Notes under the pieces: generated by a model | What the model was told of the DNA's origin: nothing | What the model saw: the letters and a program-made list of their open reading frames with translations, nothing else | Databases searched by the model: none | Origin: Candidatus Bathyarchaeota archaeon | GTDB taxonomy: Archaea; Thermoproteota; Bathyarchaeia; Bathyarchaeales; Bathycorpusculaceae | Assembly (NCBI GenBank): GCA_963775895.1 | Contig: CAVZKL010000012.1 | Span: 11,742 to 75,741, forward strand | DNA: 64,000 bases | Direction: 5' to 3' | Part shown: positions 28,841 through 40,164 of the stretch, in pieces | Layout: every line of letters starts with the position of its first letter | How positions within the stretch are numbered: position 1 is the stretch's first letter | Position numbers and translations under genes: made by a program

Positions 28841-31800
28841 ATGCCTTACATCAAGAAAATGGAACTCAAGGGTTTCAAATCCTTCGGTCCTCAAGTGGTC
28901 AAGGTCGCCCTAGACAAGGGCTTCACCGCCATAACAGGACCCAACGGAAGCGGCAAAACAAACGTGATAGACGCATTTCTGTTCGCGCTAGGCGAGTTGA
29001 GCACTCGAAAGCTCCGTGCAGAAACGGCTGCCAAACTCATTTTTCACGGAGCCGAACAAGCTGGATTAGAAAGGGCGAAGATGGCGAAGGTCATAATCCA
29101 GTTTGATAACACGGATGGACGTATGCCCGTGGACACAACAACTGTGACCATATCACGAGAAGTTTACAGAAATGGGCAAAGCGTCTACAGACTCAACGGG
29201 AGAAGAATTTCTCGAGGCACATATCATGGAAATTCTTTCCATGGCTGGTATAAGCTCGACCAGTCAGAACATAATATTGCAGGGCACGATAACAAGGCTG
29301 ACCGACATTACATCGGTCGAACGCAGAAAAATCATTGAAGATCTTATCGGCATCGGCCAGTACGATGCTGAAAAAGCTGAAGCAGAGGAGAAACTGCGGG
29401 CTGCAGACATCTCCATTCGCACTGCCATGGGTAGAATTGATGAAGTGCAGAATCGGCTTGACGACCTAGAAAAGGAACGCAACGAGCTGCTCAGAGCAAA
29501 CTTCATACAGAACGAACTGAAACAGCTTGAGGCCATCAAAATCTCGAACGAAATGGCCGAACTGCAGAAGAAAGTTGGAGAGATGATTTCCCAGCTTGAA
29601 AAAGTCAGATCCAGAGTCGACAAACTGAGGCAGGTCCGCGACGACTTCAGGTCGAAGAGAAGAAACGTTGAAGGAGAATGGCGTAAGCTCAGCTCAGAAA
29701 TGGTCGAAGAAGGCGGCTCTCAAGTACTGAAAGTGCAAATAACGATCGGAGAACTCAAATCAAAACTGACCGAATTGGCGACGAGAATAAGTTCTAACGC
29801 GACAAGCCTTGAAGGATTGAAACGCATCCGAGATAAACAACCTTGAACAACACCAAGCGATTCAAAAGGAAATCCACGAAAACCGTCTGAGAATAAGACA
29901 CTTGAAAAGCGAATACGAAGGAATCATGACTCAAATAAGCGACAAACAAAGTGAGCACGATACACTCGCGCAAGAAGCAGCGCGGCTGTGGAACGACCTA
30001 GGAGAAAATAGCAAGAAAATACGTGAGATCGAACTCAGAATCGACAGCGACAACAAGAGACTGCTATTCTTAAGATCAGAATACGTAAAGAACCAGACGG
30101 CCATCCGTTCCCGAGAAGGAAGACTCAAGGATCTGAGCAACCGCAAAGACAGGTTTGCCGGAACACTATCGGAACTTGATGGGTCATATCAAGAGCTTGA
30201 GAAAGTTCAGAAGGACCAGAAAACCCAGCTCAAAGAGTTGGAACGTGCCCTTGAAAGAAGAATCGCCCAGAAGGACGCAGTTGGAAGAGAAATAATAGAA
30301 GCAGGCAAGATTGCGGATTCGGCTCGCGAAGCAGTAGTGGAGTTCGCAACGCAGAGAGAACTCGCAGAAACCGTTGCTGCCGAAGAGAAAGCTCTTAGAA
30401 GCATAGAGGAACTCGGCGATTTAGGCGTCATTCAAGGCGTCTATGGCAGACTGCGCAATCTTGCGAAGATCGACAAAAACTACCAGAGAGCGATAGAAGC
30501 GGCATCTGTGGGATGGCTCGACGCAGTCGTCGTCAAGGATTTTGACGCGGCGTTCACGTGCACGGAAACGTTGAGAAGAATGAAGTTGGGAAGGATCAAA
30601 ATCATTCCCATCGAAGGAGCAGCGACCGCGAAACCCTTGAAAATCCCACAGAAGCAGGGAATACGTGGCGCAGCCGAAGCCTTCATAAAAACTGAAAGAA
30701 ACGTGGAACCCGCTGTCCGTTTTGTCTTCGGGGACACGTTGATCGTGGCAGATGATAAAACTGGTTTTTCACTATCCAGTCAGGGCTTCCGCACGGTGAC
30801 TGTTGAAGGAGATCTCTACGAAGTGGGCGGTGCCCAGGAGAGCGGCTACTACCGAGCCCCAATAGATTTTTCAACGATAATCCCAAGCGAAACAGCCATA
30901 AAAAGCTTGGACGAGGCTGTGGGCGCCCTGCAACAGCACCTTTCCCACAGAAACGAGGACATAGCCACCCTTGGAGAGGAGATAGACCGAACCCATGTTG
31001 ACATCGCACGTTTATCCGACGCCATAACGACGCTGGATCGAGAAATAGACCGCGTGAGGAGAAGCGTCAGGAGAACAAAATCAAACGTCAAACGCGTAGA
31101 CAGTTACATTTCCAAAGTAACGAAAGAAGTTGAAAGCGAAAAGGCACAGATGTGGATCCACAGAGCGGAAAGAAGCTCGATCACGAAGGAGATTCGAAAA
31201 CTCCAAAATGAACTATCAACCCTTAGAAAGAAGACAGATCCCGGACACATCCAGGAAATGGAGGTGACGAGGGAAAAACTGTCAGAAGAAATAATCACCC
31301 TTCGGCAAAAGCTTGGCACGAGCCAAACAGAGCTCTCTACGCTTCAGTCTCAATTCGACAACGTGTTGAGAGTGGGCTATCAGAACTCGAAAATACAGAC
31401 CTCAAAAGTGGAAACACAGCTTCGAAGAGTCGAAAAAGAATTACAGGAAGCGCTTCAAAATAGAGAAGCACTGAAACAGGAACTCTCTTTGCTTGAGAAA
31501 AACAGAGTCGAACTCTCGAAAACAGTCTTCTCAGCGAGAGAGGAAGCAAAGAAATTCACAGGCCAAATCGACGACATAGATAAAGAACTCCGCAAACTAG
31601 ACGCGGAATACGAGCAAGTTGACCGACTGCACAACCAATTGCAGCTGAACTCTCAAACATCACTCCTGCAACTTGAACAGTACCGAAACCAGCTCAGGAT
31701 GTTCGGGCACGAACAACCGTTGACCGTCACACCCAGACAGGTGGAAGAAGCAGAAATATCCATGAAAATGATGCAACTTGAAATGGAAAGAATAGGAGCA

Positions 31801-32394
31801 GTTAACCAGCTCGCACTTTCGCACTACGCAGACCAGATTTCACGATACAAAGAACTTTCAATGAGAATGAACGAACTTGAAAAGGAAAAGCAAGCGATCC
31901 TGCAGTTCATGGATGAAATAGAACAGAAAAAACGCAAAGTGTTCATGGACGCTTTTGCAAAAATCGACCAGAAACTCAAGAGTTACTTCGCGAAGCTCAC
32001 AGGCGGCGGAGTGGCTACTTTGACGCTGGAGAACATCGAAGAACCCTTCACCGGCGGCATAGACATGATCGTGCAGTTTCCCAACAAACCTTCAATAGTC
32101 GTAAGCGGAGCCAGCGGAGGTGAACGCTCGGTTTCGGCCGTCTCGTTCCTTTTCGCGTTGAAAGAGTTCACACCGGCGAGCTTCTACATACTGGACGAGA
32201 TCGATGCGCACTTAGACGCTTTCCACGTTTCAAAACTGGGTGACCTTCTTTTGCAAGAGGCTGACAAAACCCAGTTCATCGTAATAACACTGAAACCTGA
32301 AATGGTCAACAAAGCGCAGAGGGTTTACGGAGCCTATATGCAGAATGGAGTATCAAACATGATTTCAGCGAAACTCGTGGAGGCAACCAACTAA
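28841..32394 (+). CDS. smc: Chromosome segregation protein Smc, two +1 frameshifts (~29216, ~29836)
   Basis: GFKSFG, Walker A GPNGSGKTN, IILQG, hinge GVYGRLRNL/VFGDTL, IGAVN, SGGE, ILDEIDAHLD, QFIVIT. Confidence 0.95.
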
Positions 32395-33095
32395 TGTCAT
32401 CCACGTCCATGAAGAAACCGTTCTACTTGTTTCCACCATGGAACGTACTGTTCGAATTCAACAAACTCGAAAAACTAACGCCATGGAACGTCAATATCGC
32501 ATATCTGCTAACATCTTTTCTTGAAAACATGAATAAGACTGGCCAAGTGGACTTCAGAGCCTCAGGCGTAGCTCTTGATTCCTCGGCGCTCATCTACCTA
32601 ATGAAGTCAAGACTTCTACTGAAACTCGAAGAAGCGCCGCCACCGCCCAAACCTCCTTTGGACTTCCTTCCTCCATCCCTGTTTTTGCCTTTAAGACACG
32701 AACTCACGTCAACGACGATCCGAAACCTGTTGGAAGTGTTAGACGAAGTTCTCAAGGGAGAGCAGCTTCTTCGCCCCATGAAGCCTGTGGAAGAAAACAT
32801 CCTGCCATCACCCTCGGATCTGCTTCCTCAAATGGACTTATACCTCATGCAGATCGAGGTTCAGATGGAAAAACTCTACGCCTCTCTTTCAGACAGAGTG
32901 AAAGGCACTGGCATCGTCGAGTTCTCAACGATGATCAGAGGCTTGGGACGACTCGAAGCCATTCGCACATTCATTCTCTTACTGTTCTTAGCTCAGGAGG
33001 GCAAAGTCAGTCTGTGGCAAAATGAAGAGACCGAAGAAATCTACATAACGGTTGGTGATCTGAAACTTGGAGCAAACGGAGAGAGAGCCACTTAG
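32394..33095 (+). CDS. scpA: Segregation/condensation protein A (kleisin)
   Basis: PWNVNI, YLMKSRLLL, FILLLFLAQEGKVSLWQ; start overlaps the smc stop. Confidence 0.88.
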   Translation: MSSTSMKKPFYLFPPWNVLFEFNKLEKLTPWNVNIAYLLTSFLENMNKTGQVDFRASGVALDSSALIYLMKSRLLLKLEEAPPPPKPPLDFLPPSLFLPLRHELTSTTIRNLLEVLDEVLKGEQLLRPMKPVEENILPSPSDLLPQMDLYLMQIEVQMEKLYASLSDRVKGTGIVEFSTMIRGLGRLEAIRTFILLLFLAQEGKVSLWQNEETEEIYITVGDLKLGANGERAT

Positions 33096-33675
33096 CCTAA
33101 GTGACGAAGAAAAGGAAGAGCATGCTCAAGGGAAGGCAAATGACCTGTCCCTAGTGGAAGCAGCGCTCTACGTGGCAGGGCGACCACTGGACCTGAACGA
33201 ACTCTGTTCCGTTCTGAAGACCCGATCAAAAAACAGGGCTAGGAAAACTCTCACGGCGCTTATGCAGGAGTACACAAACAGAAAGACAGCCCTTGAGATC
33301 CTCGAGCTAAAGGATGAAAGGTTTGTACTTCAGTTGAAAGGCGAGTTTACGCCTCTCGTCAAGAAATTCGTGAATAGACCGTTGATTTCGACGGGTCCCC
33401 TGAAGACGCTTTCCTACATAGCTTACAGACAGCCCATTTCTCAGAAGAGAGTCATCGACGTAAGAGGCCATCACGCCTACGGTCACATAAAATTGCTGAG
33501 AGAAATGGGTTTGATTGCAGGTGAAAGGAATGGACGCTCGACGCTGCTTAGAACCACGGAGTATTTTGCGGACTATTTTGGGCTAAGCTTGGACACGGCG
33601 TCAATGAAAAGAGAACTGAAGCATGTTTTTGAAGAATTTCCCAAGCAAGATCGTCCCGTGTCGAACAACGGATAG
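33067..33675 (+). CDS. scpB: Segregation/condensation protein B
   Basis: VEAALYVAGRPL, LKTLSYIAYRQPI, IDVRG, TTEYFADYFGL. Confidence 0.93.
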   Translation: MEQTEREPLSLSDEEKEEHAQGKANDLSLVEAALYVAGRPLDLNELCSVLKTRSKNRARKTLTALMQEYTNRKTALEILELKDERFVLQLKGEFTPLVKKFVNRPLISTGPLKTLSYIAYRQPISQKRVIDVRGHHAYGHIKLLREMGLIAGERNGRSTLLRTTEYFADYFGLSLDTASMKRELKHVFEEFPKQDRPVSNNG

Positions 33676-33737
33676 GCTTATATTTGGAAGAACGTTCTTA
33701 CTGAACACCCAAAATCCAACAAGGCGGGATAATCAGA

Positions 33738-34133
33738 ATGTCTGTATGGAACGGCGACATGCGCAAACAAAAGGCATCGGGTGGAAGGAAACACGCTTAT
33801 CGAAAGAAGAGGAAGTTTGAACAAGGCACATTCTCCGCTGAAACTCTGATGGGAGAACAAAAAAGAAAATTCGTAAGGGGAAGAGGTGGAAACCTCAAGA
33901 TCAAAATCTTGGCTGAGAAGCAAGTGTGCATCACCGACCCCAAGACGAGAAAAACAGAGAAGACCGAAGTGTTGAGAGTCGTCAAGAACCCCGCGAACAT
34001 CGATTACAATCGCCGGGGAGTAATCACGAAAGGCGCCGTGGTCGAAACACCTCTCGGTCAAGCAAGAATAACCTCTCGGCCTGGGCAGCATGGAATTCTC
34101 AACGCAGTTCTAATTAGCACGGAAAAAAGTTAA
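33738..34133 (+). CDS. rps8e: 30S ribosomal protein S8e
   Basis: KASGG, RGRGGNLK, NPAN, ITKGAVVET, TSRPGQHG. Confidence 0.97.
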   Translation: MSVWNGDMRKQKASGGRKHAYRKKRKFEQGTFSAETLMGEQKRKFVRGRGGNLKIKILAEKQVCITDPKTRKTEKTEVLRVVKNPANIDYNRRGVITKGAVVETPLGQARITSRPGQHGILNAVLISTEKS

Positions 34134-34138
34134 GCACC

Positions 34139-34441
34139 CTATTTTGCCTGAGTGACGACCGACCGCATTTTCAGAACCTGTTTTCCGATCATCGTTATAG
34201 TCTGGCTTTTTGATCCCTTCTTTTCAACAAGCAGCATCCCCGTTTTGATCCACGGCGTCTTGGAATAACCGGCGTCTGGGACCAGCTCGCAGACGAGCCC
34301 GAGTTTTTCGGCTGCTTCTTTCACTTCGGTGATTCTTGGAATAGCAACCGAGAGACTTTTTGGAACTCGCCTTCCGTCGAGTCTGCTTCTTGACGAGTCG
34401 AAGTACGCAGGCCAGATGATTATTTTGTCTTGTTTTCGCAT
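34139..34441 (-). CDS. srp19: Signal recognition particle protein SRP19
   Basis: IIWPAYFDSSRSRLDGRRVPK...P...PW. Confidence 0.95.
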   Translation of the reverse strand: MRKQDKIIIWPAYFDSSRSRLDGRRVPKSLSVAIPRITEVKEAAEKLGLVCELVPDAGYSKTPWIKTGMLLVEKKGSKSQTITMIGKQVLKMRSVVTQAK

Positions 34442-34456
34442 GTTTTCATCTCAAAG

Positions 34457-36212
34457 TTATTTCTGAGCAAAGTAGGCGGTCAACTCTTTGTTTGCCTGAT
34501 CGATTCTCACGAAGCCGAATCGCTCGAACTGCACTATATCGCCGGGTTTGAGCCGTCTGCAGACGCCCTCGGCAACTCCGTCGACGACGGTTGAATCAGG
34601 CATCACTACCCTACATGGAAAGTCGTTTCCCAGCGGTATCCAGTGAATCAGCTGCGCTTTCGCTTCTCGCGCTTCTTCATAGGATTCACTGACGAAAACG
34701 GCGTCGGCCGAGTACACGTTGGCCTTCACGATCGTGACGTTGAAGAGCTCCATCAGACGGAGCATTGTTCCCACTTTCGACTCGTCAACATCTTCCCTTG
34801 AAACCCAAAAAAGCGCCGAATCGCCGTTTCGCTTAGGTTGCACCGTGTAAGTCCTGAACCCTCTTTCGGGATGATCAGGGTGCAAGCCAAGTTTCACATT
34901 GAAGGTTCTTGGAACCTTTCTCACCGTTAACTCGATTGGGTTTTGCACGAAGAAGTACCTGTCCGTCAATGGATCCAGTGTTTTGCGGTTGTAAGCGTAA
35001 AGGTTCTCCCAGCTCAGAATCACGTCGGAAGTCTTCGGTCCCACGTCTATTATCATTTTTTTAATGGCTTCAGGCTGGATGCCTCGCCTTCTCAAAGCCG
35101 CGAAAGTTGCCAGCCGAGGATCATCCCAACTGTTGTAGCGTCCCTCCCGCATTCCCTGAATGATCTTGGACTTGCTCAAAGTGGCTCCTGTAATCTTCAA
35201 CCGTCCGTAATGGATGGCTTCGGGATACTTCCATCCTAGGTGCCGATACATGTATTCTTGTCGAACCTCGTTGGTGAGGTGCTCTTTGCCTCGAATTATA
35301 TGGGTTATGCCCATAAGATGATCGTCCACCCCACTGGCAAGATTGTAGAGTGGCCAGACCTTGTATTTGCTTCCGACTCTCGGATGTGGGAATTTTTCTG
35401 TGTCGATGACTCGGGCAGCGGGCCAGTCACGGACCGCTGGATTCGGATGTTTCAGGTCGGTCTTGACTCGAAGCACCGCTTCTCCCTCTTTGTACCCGCC
35501 TTCAAGCATCCGTTTCCAACGTGTTAGATTCTCTTTCATAGAAAGATTACGACAGTCACACGGCTTCTGGTCAAGTATTTTCTTCCGAAAATCCTCAGGT
35601 TTACACGTGCAAACGTAAGCGTTCCCATCCTTCAGCAACTTTTCAGCATACTCGTAGTATATCGGGATTCGGTCACTCTGAATGTACTCCTCGTCTGCCT
35701 TACACTCAAGCCAAGCCAGATCCTTTCGGATTTCATCGTAGAACTCGAGAACGGGCCGCTTGATTTTGGGGTCGGTGTCTTCGAACCGCAACAGAAACTT
35801 GCCTCTGTAGATCCTTGCATACTCGTGACAGAGCACAATCGCCCTTGCTGAGCCCAGATGCAGCACACAGTCGGGGTTGGGCGCGTAACGCGTGACTACT
35901 TGAGCATACTTGTCAGCATTTGGCAGTGGGGGGAGACGTTTTTCTTCTGCTTTCTCCTTTACCAGAGTCTCGGGCCACTTTTCTTCGACGATGCGCTTCT
36001 GCTCATCGAGCGAAAGGCTGTTAACCTCTCTCACGATCTCGTTGATTAAAGAAGATAATTCCTTGACGTTGTCCTCTGTATTCCGGTTTTTCACCCAGTA
36101 TCTTTCCAACGACGGGACCTGTCTGCGCCTTACCGTCGTGTTTGACCGCGTTCAGCAAGGCGGACTTGCGAATAGACTCCTTCAGGCCAGCGTCTTCTTT
36201 GGGGTTCAACAT
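34457..36212 (-). CDS. gltX: Glutamate--tRNA ligase, +1 frameshift near 36073
   Basis: N-terminal ALLNAVKHDGKA in 36021-36212 joins RYAPNP..LHLGS, RFEDTDP, THIIRGKEH, LSKS, WDDPRL, QFERFGF. Confidence 0.95.
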
Positions 36213-36221
36213 TCCTTCACT

Positions 36222-37292
36222 CTAGATTTTTCTCTCAATCAAAAAGTCTGCGAAGGCTTTTAGTTTTTCCTTCCCCAACGAGGTTGGCAGAAGTTTATCA
36301 ACTTCGCTCCAACTTTTTTTGACCATCATCCTCGCTGTTTGTCTCGAATAGTCGATTGAGCCGTACTTCTGCATGATGCCTATCGCCTCTTCTTTCAGAG
36401 AGAGATCCGAAGTGTGCATGTTGAGGATCACGATTAACCGTTTTCTGTCTTGCGGCTTCGCAACCTTCAAAGTACGGATCACTGGCAAACTGCGCTTCCC
36501 TTCAGTGATGTCTTGTCCCCTTCCCCCCTTTTTTTCCGCAAATCGCTCGCTTGTTAGGTCAAGAATGTCGTCTTGGATTTGGAACGCAACGCCTACGCTC
36601 TCAGCGTAACGACCAAGCTTGTCGACAAGCTCTTCCTGTGCGTCGGCGAGCACGCCTGCGATTTTGGCAGACATTCGTGCCAAGGTTCCCGTCTTGTAAG
36701 CACACATCTGCAAGTAATCCTCTTCGCTAATCCGGTCTGCGTTCGCTAGACCTCTGTGCCACGCTATGTCTGTTGCCTGGCCAAGGCTTAGGTTGATCAT
36801 TTCCCGCGCGTATATTTCGTATATCATGCTCATCGTTCGAGGTGACAGATCTTTCCTTCTTTCAATCAACGACAGTAGAGGCAGATAGTACATCGCGTTC
36901 CCCGCGTTGATGGCTATGTCTGATCCGTAGATCTTGTAGGTGCAGGCTTTTCCTCGGCGAAGTTCAGAAGCGTCTTCTACGTCGTCGACCATAAGAGTCC
37001 CGTTATGGATTATCTCGGGAATCACCGCAAAATCGACATAGTCGTCGGATTTTTTCCCCAATGCCTCACACACGAGAAGAAACAGAGTTGGCCGCCACCT
37101 TTTGCCCCCTCTGTCAAGAAACTCCCATATTGGCTCCGCAACTGCCTTGTTCAAGGCTTCGAGGTTATATGAAAACCTTGGGGGATTCAGCTTGAAGATG
37201 AGAGCATTCTTTGAGAAGACTCGGGGAATATATTTTTCTGCAGCCCTGTTGATGATCGGTGCTTTCTCCTCGAGGATTCGTTCAATGTCCAA
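36222..37292 (-). CDS. idsA: Polyprenyl (geranylgeranyl) diphosphate synthase
   Basis: GGKRWRP, DDVED..RRG, GQATD, YKTG, FQIQDDILD, DITEGK. Confidence 0.93.
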   Translation of the reverse strand: MDIERILEEKAPIINRAAEKYIPRVFSKNALIFKLNPPRFSYNLEALNKAVAEPIWEFLDRGGKRWRPTLFLLVCEALGKKSDDYVDFAVIPEIIHNGTLMVDDVEDASELRRGKACTYKIYGSDIAINAGNAMYYLPLLSLIERRKDLSPRTMSMIYEIYAREMINLSLGQATDIAWHRGLANADRISEEDYLQMCAYKTGTLARMSAKIAGVLADAQEELVDKLGRYAESVGVAFQIQDDILDLTSERFAEKKGGRGQDITEGKRSLPVIRTLKVAKPQDRKRLIVILNMHTSDLSLKEEAIGIMQKYGSIDYSRQTARMMVKKSWSEVDKLLPTSLGKEKLKAFADFLIERKI

Positions 37293-37306
37293 CGTTTGAC
37301 ACTTCC

Positions 37307-38383
37307 TTACCTCTGCGCATAGCTCTCAGGTCTGAAGCCTCTCACGCGCAGCCACTCATTAGTCTTTCCCGTGACAACCAACGGGGCTCTGCGTAACTGC
37401 TCAACAGAACCCGCCCCAACGAGGAACATGACGTTTCTAAGCTCGTCCATAATCAACGAAAGCTTGAGACAGGTTTTCTGCGTGCCTTTAACTGCTGATT
37501 GAAGAATCGGTTGGGAAAAACTCGTCAGACTAGCCCCTAAGGATAGACATTTCGCAGCATCGACACCACTGCGGACTCCTCCTGACGCGATCACTGGAAT
37601 TTTGACTGATTGACAGACTTCAACTATGCTCGCGACGGTCGGGATCCCCCAGTCCCAAAACACGGCGCCCAAGCCGTGTCTAAAACGGTAGTGTTCAACG
37701 GCTGCAAAACTGGTTCCTCCAGCGCCGCTCACGTCAATCCCTTTCACTTCAGCGGCTTCAAGTTCCTTAGCCTCGCCACTGGAAATACCTGCGCCCGTCT
37801 CTTTCGCTATGATAGGCTTGTCCAGTTCGTCGGCAATTTCGTTTATGCGTTCAAGAATTCCTCGAAAGTTGGTCTGCCCTTCTGGCTGCGCCGTCTCCTG
37901 CAAAGCGTTTAAGTGTATTGCCAAAGCGTCCGCGTCTATCATTTCCACGGCTTTCCTTGCTTCTTTCAACCCGTAACCGTTCACCAACTGTACGCCGCCA
38001 ATGTTTGCAATGAGGAATGCTTTCGGAGCCTTCTTTCTGGCGATTGCGAAGGTTCTTTCAAGCTTCTTGTCGTCGATTGCTGCGCGTTGACTGCCTACGC
38101 CCATTCCGAGTCCAAGCTCTTCCACAGCTTCAGCGATGGTTGCGTTGATCTTCTCGGCCTCAATGGTTCCGCCCGTTATGGCGCCGACGATGACTGGCGC
38201 AGCGAAATTGTGCCCAAAAACCCTTGTTGAAAGGTCGATGTCCTTTCTGTCGACTTCGGGCAAAGCCCTGTGCACAAAACTTACGTCCTCGAACCCTGCG
38301 GTAACGTTCTTTGACTGAACATTATGGTTCAATGCGATTCTGATGTGATCCGTCTTGCGCTTTGCAGTTTCTTCCGACAACAA
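37307..38383 (-). CDS. fni: Type 2 isopentenyl-diphosphate isomerase
   Basis: RKTDHI, ITGG, GVGSQR, HLNALQE..QPEG, KETGAG, GAGGTS, WGIPT. Confidence 0.95.
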   Translation of the reverse strand: MLSEETAKRKTDHIRIALNHNVQSKNVTAGFEDVSFVHRALPEVDRKDIDLSTRVFGHNFAAPVIVGAITGGTIEAEKINATIAEAVEELGLGMGVGSQRAAIDDKKLERTFAIARKKAPKAFLIANIGGVQLVNGYGLKEARKAVEMIDADALAIHLNALQETAQPEGQTNFRGILERINEIADELDKPIIAKETGAGISSGEAKELEAAEVKGIDVSGAGGTSFAAVEHYRFRHGLGAVFWDWGIPTVASIVEVCQSVKIPVIASGGVRSGVDAAKCLSLGASLTSFSQPILQSAVKGTQKTCLKLSLIMDELRNVMFLVGAGSVEQLRRAPLVVTGKTNEWLRVRGFRPESYAQR

Positions 38384-38384
38384 C

Positions 38385-39185
38385 CTATTCCTTCTCCACC
38401 TTTGTACCTCTAACAGTCTCCCCTTGAAGAGCCTTGTAGACGTAGCGTGGTTTCGAAGCGTTAACGATTAGGACTGGGATGTTCTTTTCGACAGCTGGAA
38501 TCAACTCAGCGATCTTGCCTGGCATGCCGCCTGTGACGTCTCGGGTGGTGGTTTTTGCAGTTTTGCCCTGAAGTTTCTTCAATTCCTGAAGCGTCATACG
38601 TTCAAACATTTTCGCTGCCTTCTCAGCTTTCGGGTCAGCATCATAGATCCCGTCTTCGTCTACACCGATTACGATGCGGTTTGCGTTGAATCGAATGGCG
38701 AGCGTTGAAACGAGCTGATCTCCAGACAGTATGGTGAACCCCAGTTTCGTGTCGAACACCGCGTCTCCGTAGAGGACGGGAGTGAAGTTCATCTTCAACA
38801 ACGTTCTCAGTGAAGCATCTTCGAACATTTTGATGCGACCGTTCTCTGTGATTATGCATGATGACGGCGTGATGCTCATGGCTGGAACGTTGTGCCAGAT
38901 CAGCGCGTCCATGAAAAGTCCGTTGAGCACTGTCATGTAGTGATGGGTCTCAGAGAAACCGATCTTTTGACCCTCCTCTTTGTAACCGTCCTTGATCGCG
39001 TAGCGTTCGGCTACGGGATGTCCAAAGCTTCCGCCGCCGTGGACGATTATGAGGTTCTTCACGTTCGCCTCCTGTATCTCCTGCGTCAGTCTGTCTATTT
39101 CACCGGTCTTGGCGGCCAGTTCTCCGCTCTTGTCTGTTATCACTGAACCGCCGATTTTCAGCACAGTGGCTCTAGGTTCGCTCAA
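38385..39185 (-). CDS. ipk: Isopentenyl phosphate kinase
   Basis: LKIGGSVITDK, VHGGGSFGH, LSGD, DVTGGM. Confidence 0.94.
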   Translation of the reverse strand: MSEPRATVLKIGGSVITDKSGELAAKTGEIDRLTQEIQEANVKNLIIVHGGGSFGHPVAERYAIKDGYKEEGQKIGFSETHHYMTVLNGLFMDALIWHNVPAMSITPSSCIITENGRIKMFEDASLRTLLKMNFTPVLYGDAVFDTKLGFTILSGDQLVSTLAIRFNANRIVIGVDEDGIYDADPKAEKAAKMFERMTLQELKKLQGKTAKTTTRDVTGGMPGKIAELIPAVEKNIPVLIVNASKPRYVYKALQGETVRGTKVEKE

Positions 39186-40155
39186 TCTTCACACCTTCAT
39201 CTGTTTTTCTTGCGATGAACGGTCTGCCCCCTGCCCTCATGATTGCTTCTTGCACAGCGGGCAGTTTGTCATCTTTTGCGAGAGCAATCATGCAGCCGCC
39301 TCCGCCGGCTCCGGTCAGCTTTGCACCGAGCGCCCCCGCTTTTCTCGCGGCGTTTATCAACCATTCAAGAGACTCATCGGAGACTCCTAGACCGTAGAGC
39401 AGGGCTTGGTTGATGTTCATCAGGTCGCCAAGCGTGTTGAGGTCGTTCTCTCTGAGCGCGTCTATAGCTCTCAGAACTATTTCTCGCGCAGCCTTTCGCA
39501 ATGGCTCTATGATCTGCGGATAATTGTCGGTTATGCTTCGCACTTTTTCAACTTGGACTCTCGTGAACCTTTCGACACCCGTATCGCCGATCACAAGAGG
39601 TATCTCCGACTTGACTTCGAGAGGCTTGAAGCCCGTGTCGGTTTGGAACAGGATTGAGCCTCCGAAGGTCGCTATTGCTGGGTCCACTCCTGATGGTGTT
39701 CCATGCACGGTTTTCTCAGCTTCAAGCGCGATGCTGAAGACGTCCTCTTTTGACATAGTCACTTTGAGCAGAGCGCCCACGGCGGCTGTGACTGCGGCCA
39801 CAACTGCGGCCGAAGATCCCAAACCAGCAGCAACTGGAACTGTTGAGTTGATCTCAACGTTCAAACCAACATTATCAGCGTTCTTGGCCAACACTTTTCC
39901 AACAGCCAATCTCACAGGTTCAAACCTTAATCTGGCTTCTTTGGCGTCACCTTGTTCAACCTTGAAGATTCCGTCTTTGAAGTAGCCTTTCAGGTTTAAG
40001 TTGACGGATTTCACGTGCAGGCATTTGTCTTCGTTGAAATCCACCGTTGCGTAAGCCCTTTTATCGATGGCCAAAACGATTGCAGGTTCCCCGTAAACGA
40101 CAAAGTGCTCTCCGAAGAGTATGATTTTCGCGGGAGCTGAAGCAACGACCCCCAT
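39172..40155 (-). CDS. mvk: Mevalonate kinase
   Basis: PAKIILFGEHFVVYG, PVAAGLGSSAA, HGTPSGVD, KLTGAGGGGC. Confidence 0.96.
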   Translation of the reverse strand: MGVVASAPAKIILFGEHFVVYGEPAIVLAIDKRAYATVDFNEDKCLHVKSVNLNLKGYFKDGIFKVEQGDAKEARLRFEPVRLAVGKVLAKNADNVGLNVEINSTVPVAAGLGSSAAVVAAVTAAVGALLKVTMSKEDVFSIALEAEKTVHGTPSGVDPAIATFGGSILFQTDTGFKPLEVKSEIPLVIGDTGVERFTRVQVEKVRSITDNYPQIIEPLRKAAREIVLRAIDALRENDLNTLGDLMNINQALLYGLGVSDESLEWLINAARKAGALGAKLTGAGGGGCMIALAKDDKLPAVQEAIMRAGGRPFIARKTDEGVKIERT

Positions 40156-40164
40156 TAGACACCA

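Noticed and set aside
28841-36212. Programmed frameshifting or true loss of smc and gltX
   Set aside because: No consistent slippery motif; the same +1 pattern hits unrelated genes, and gltX is essential.
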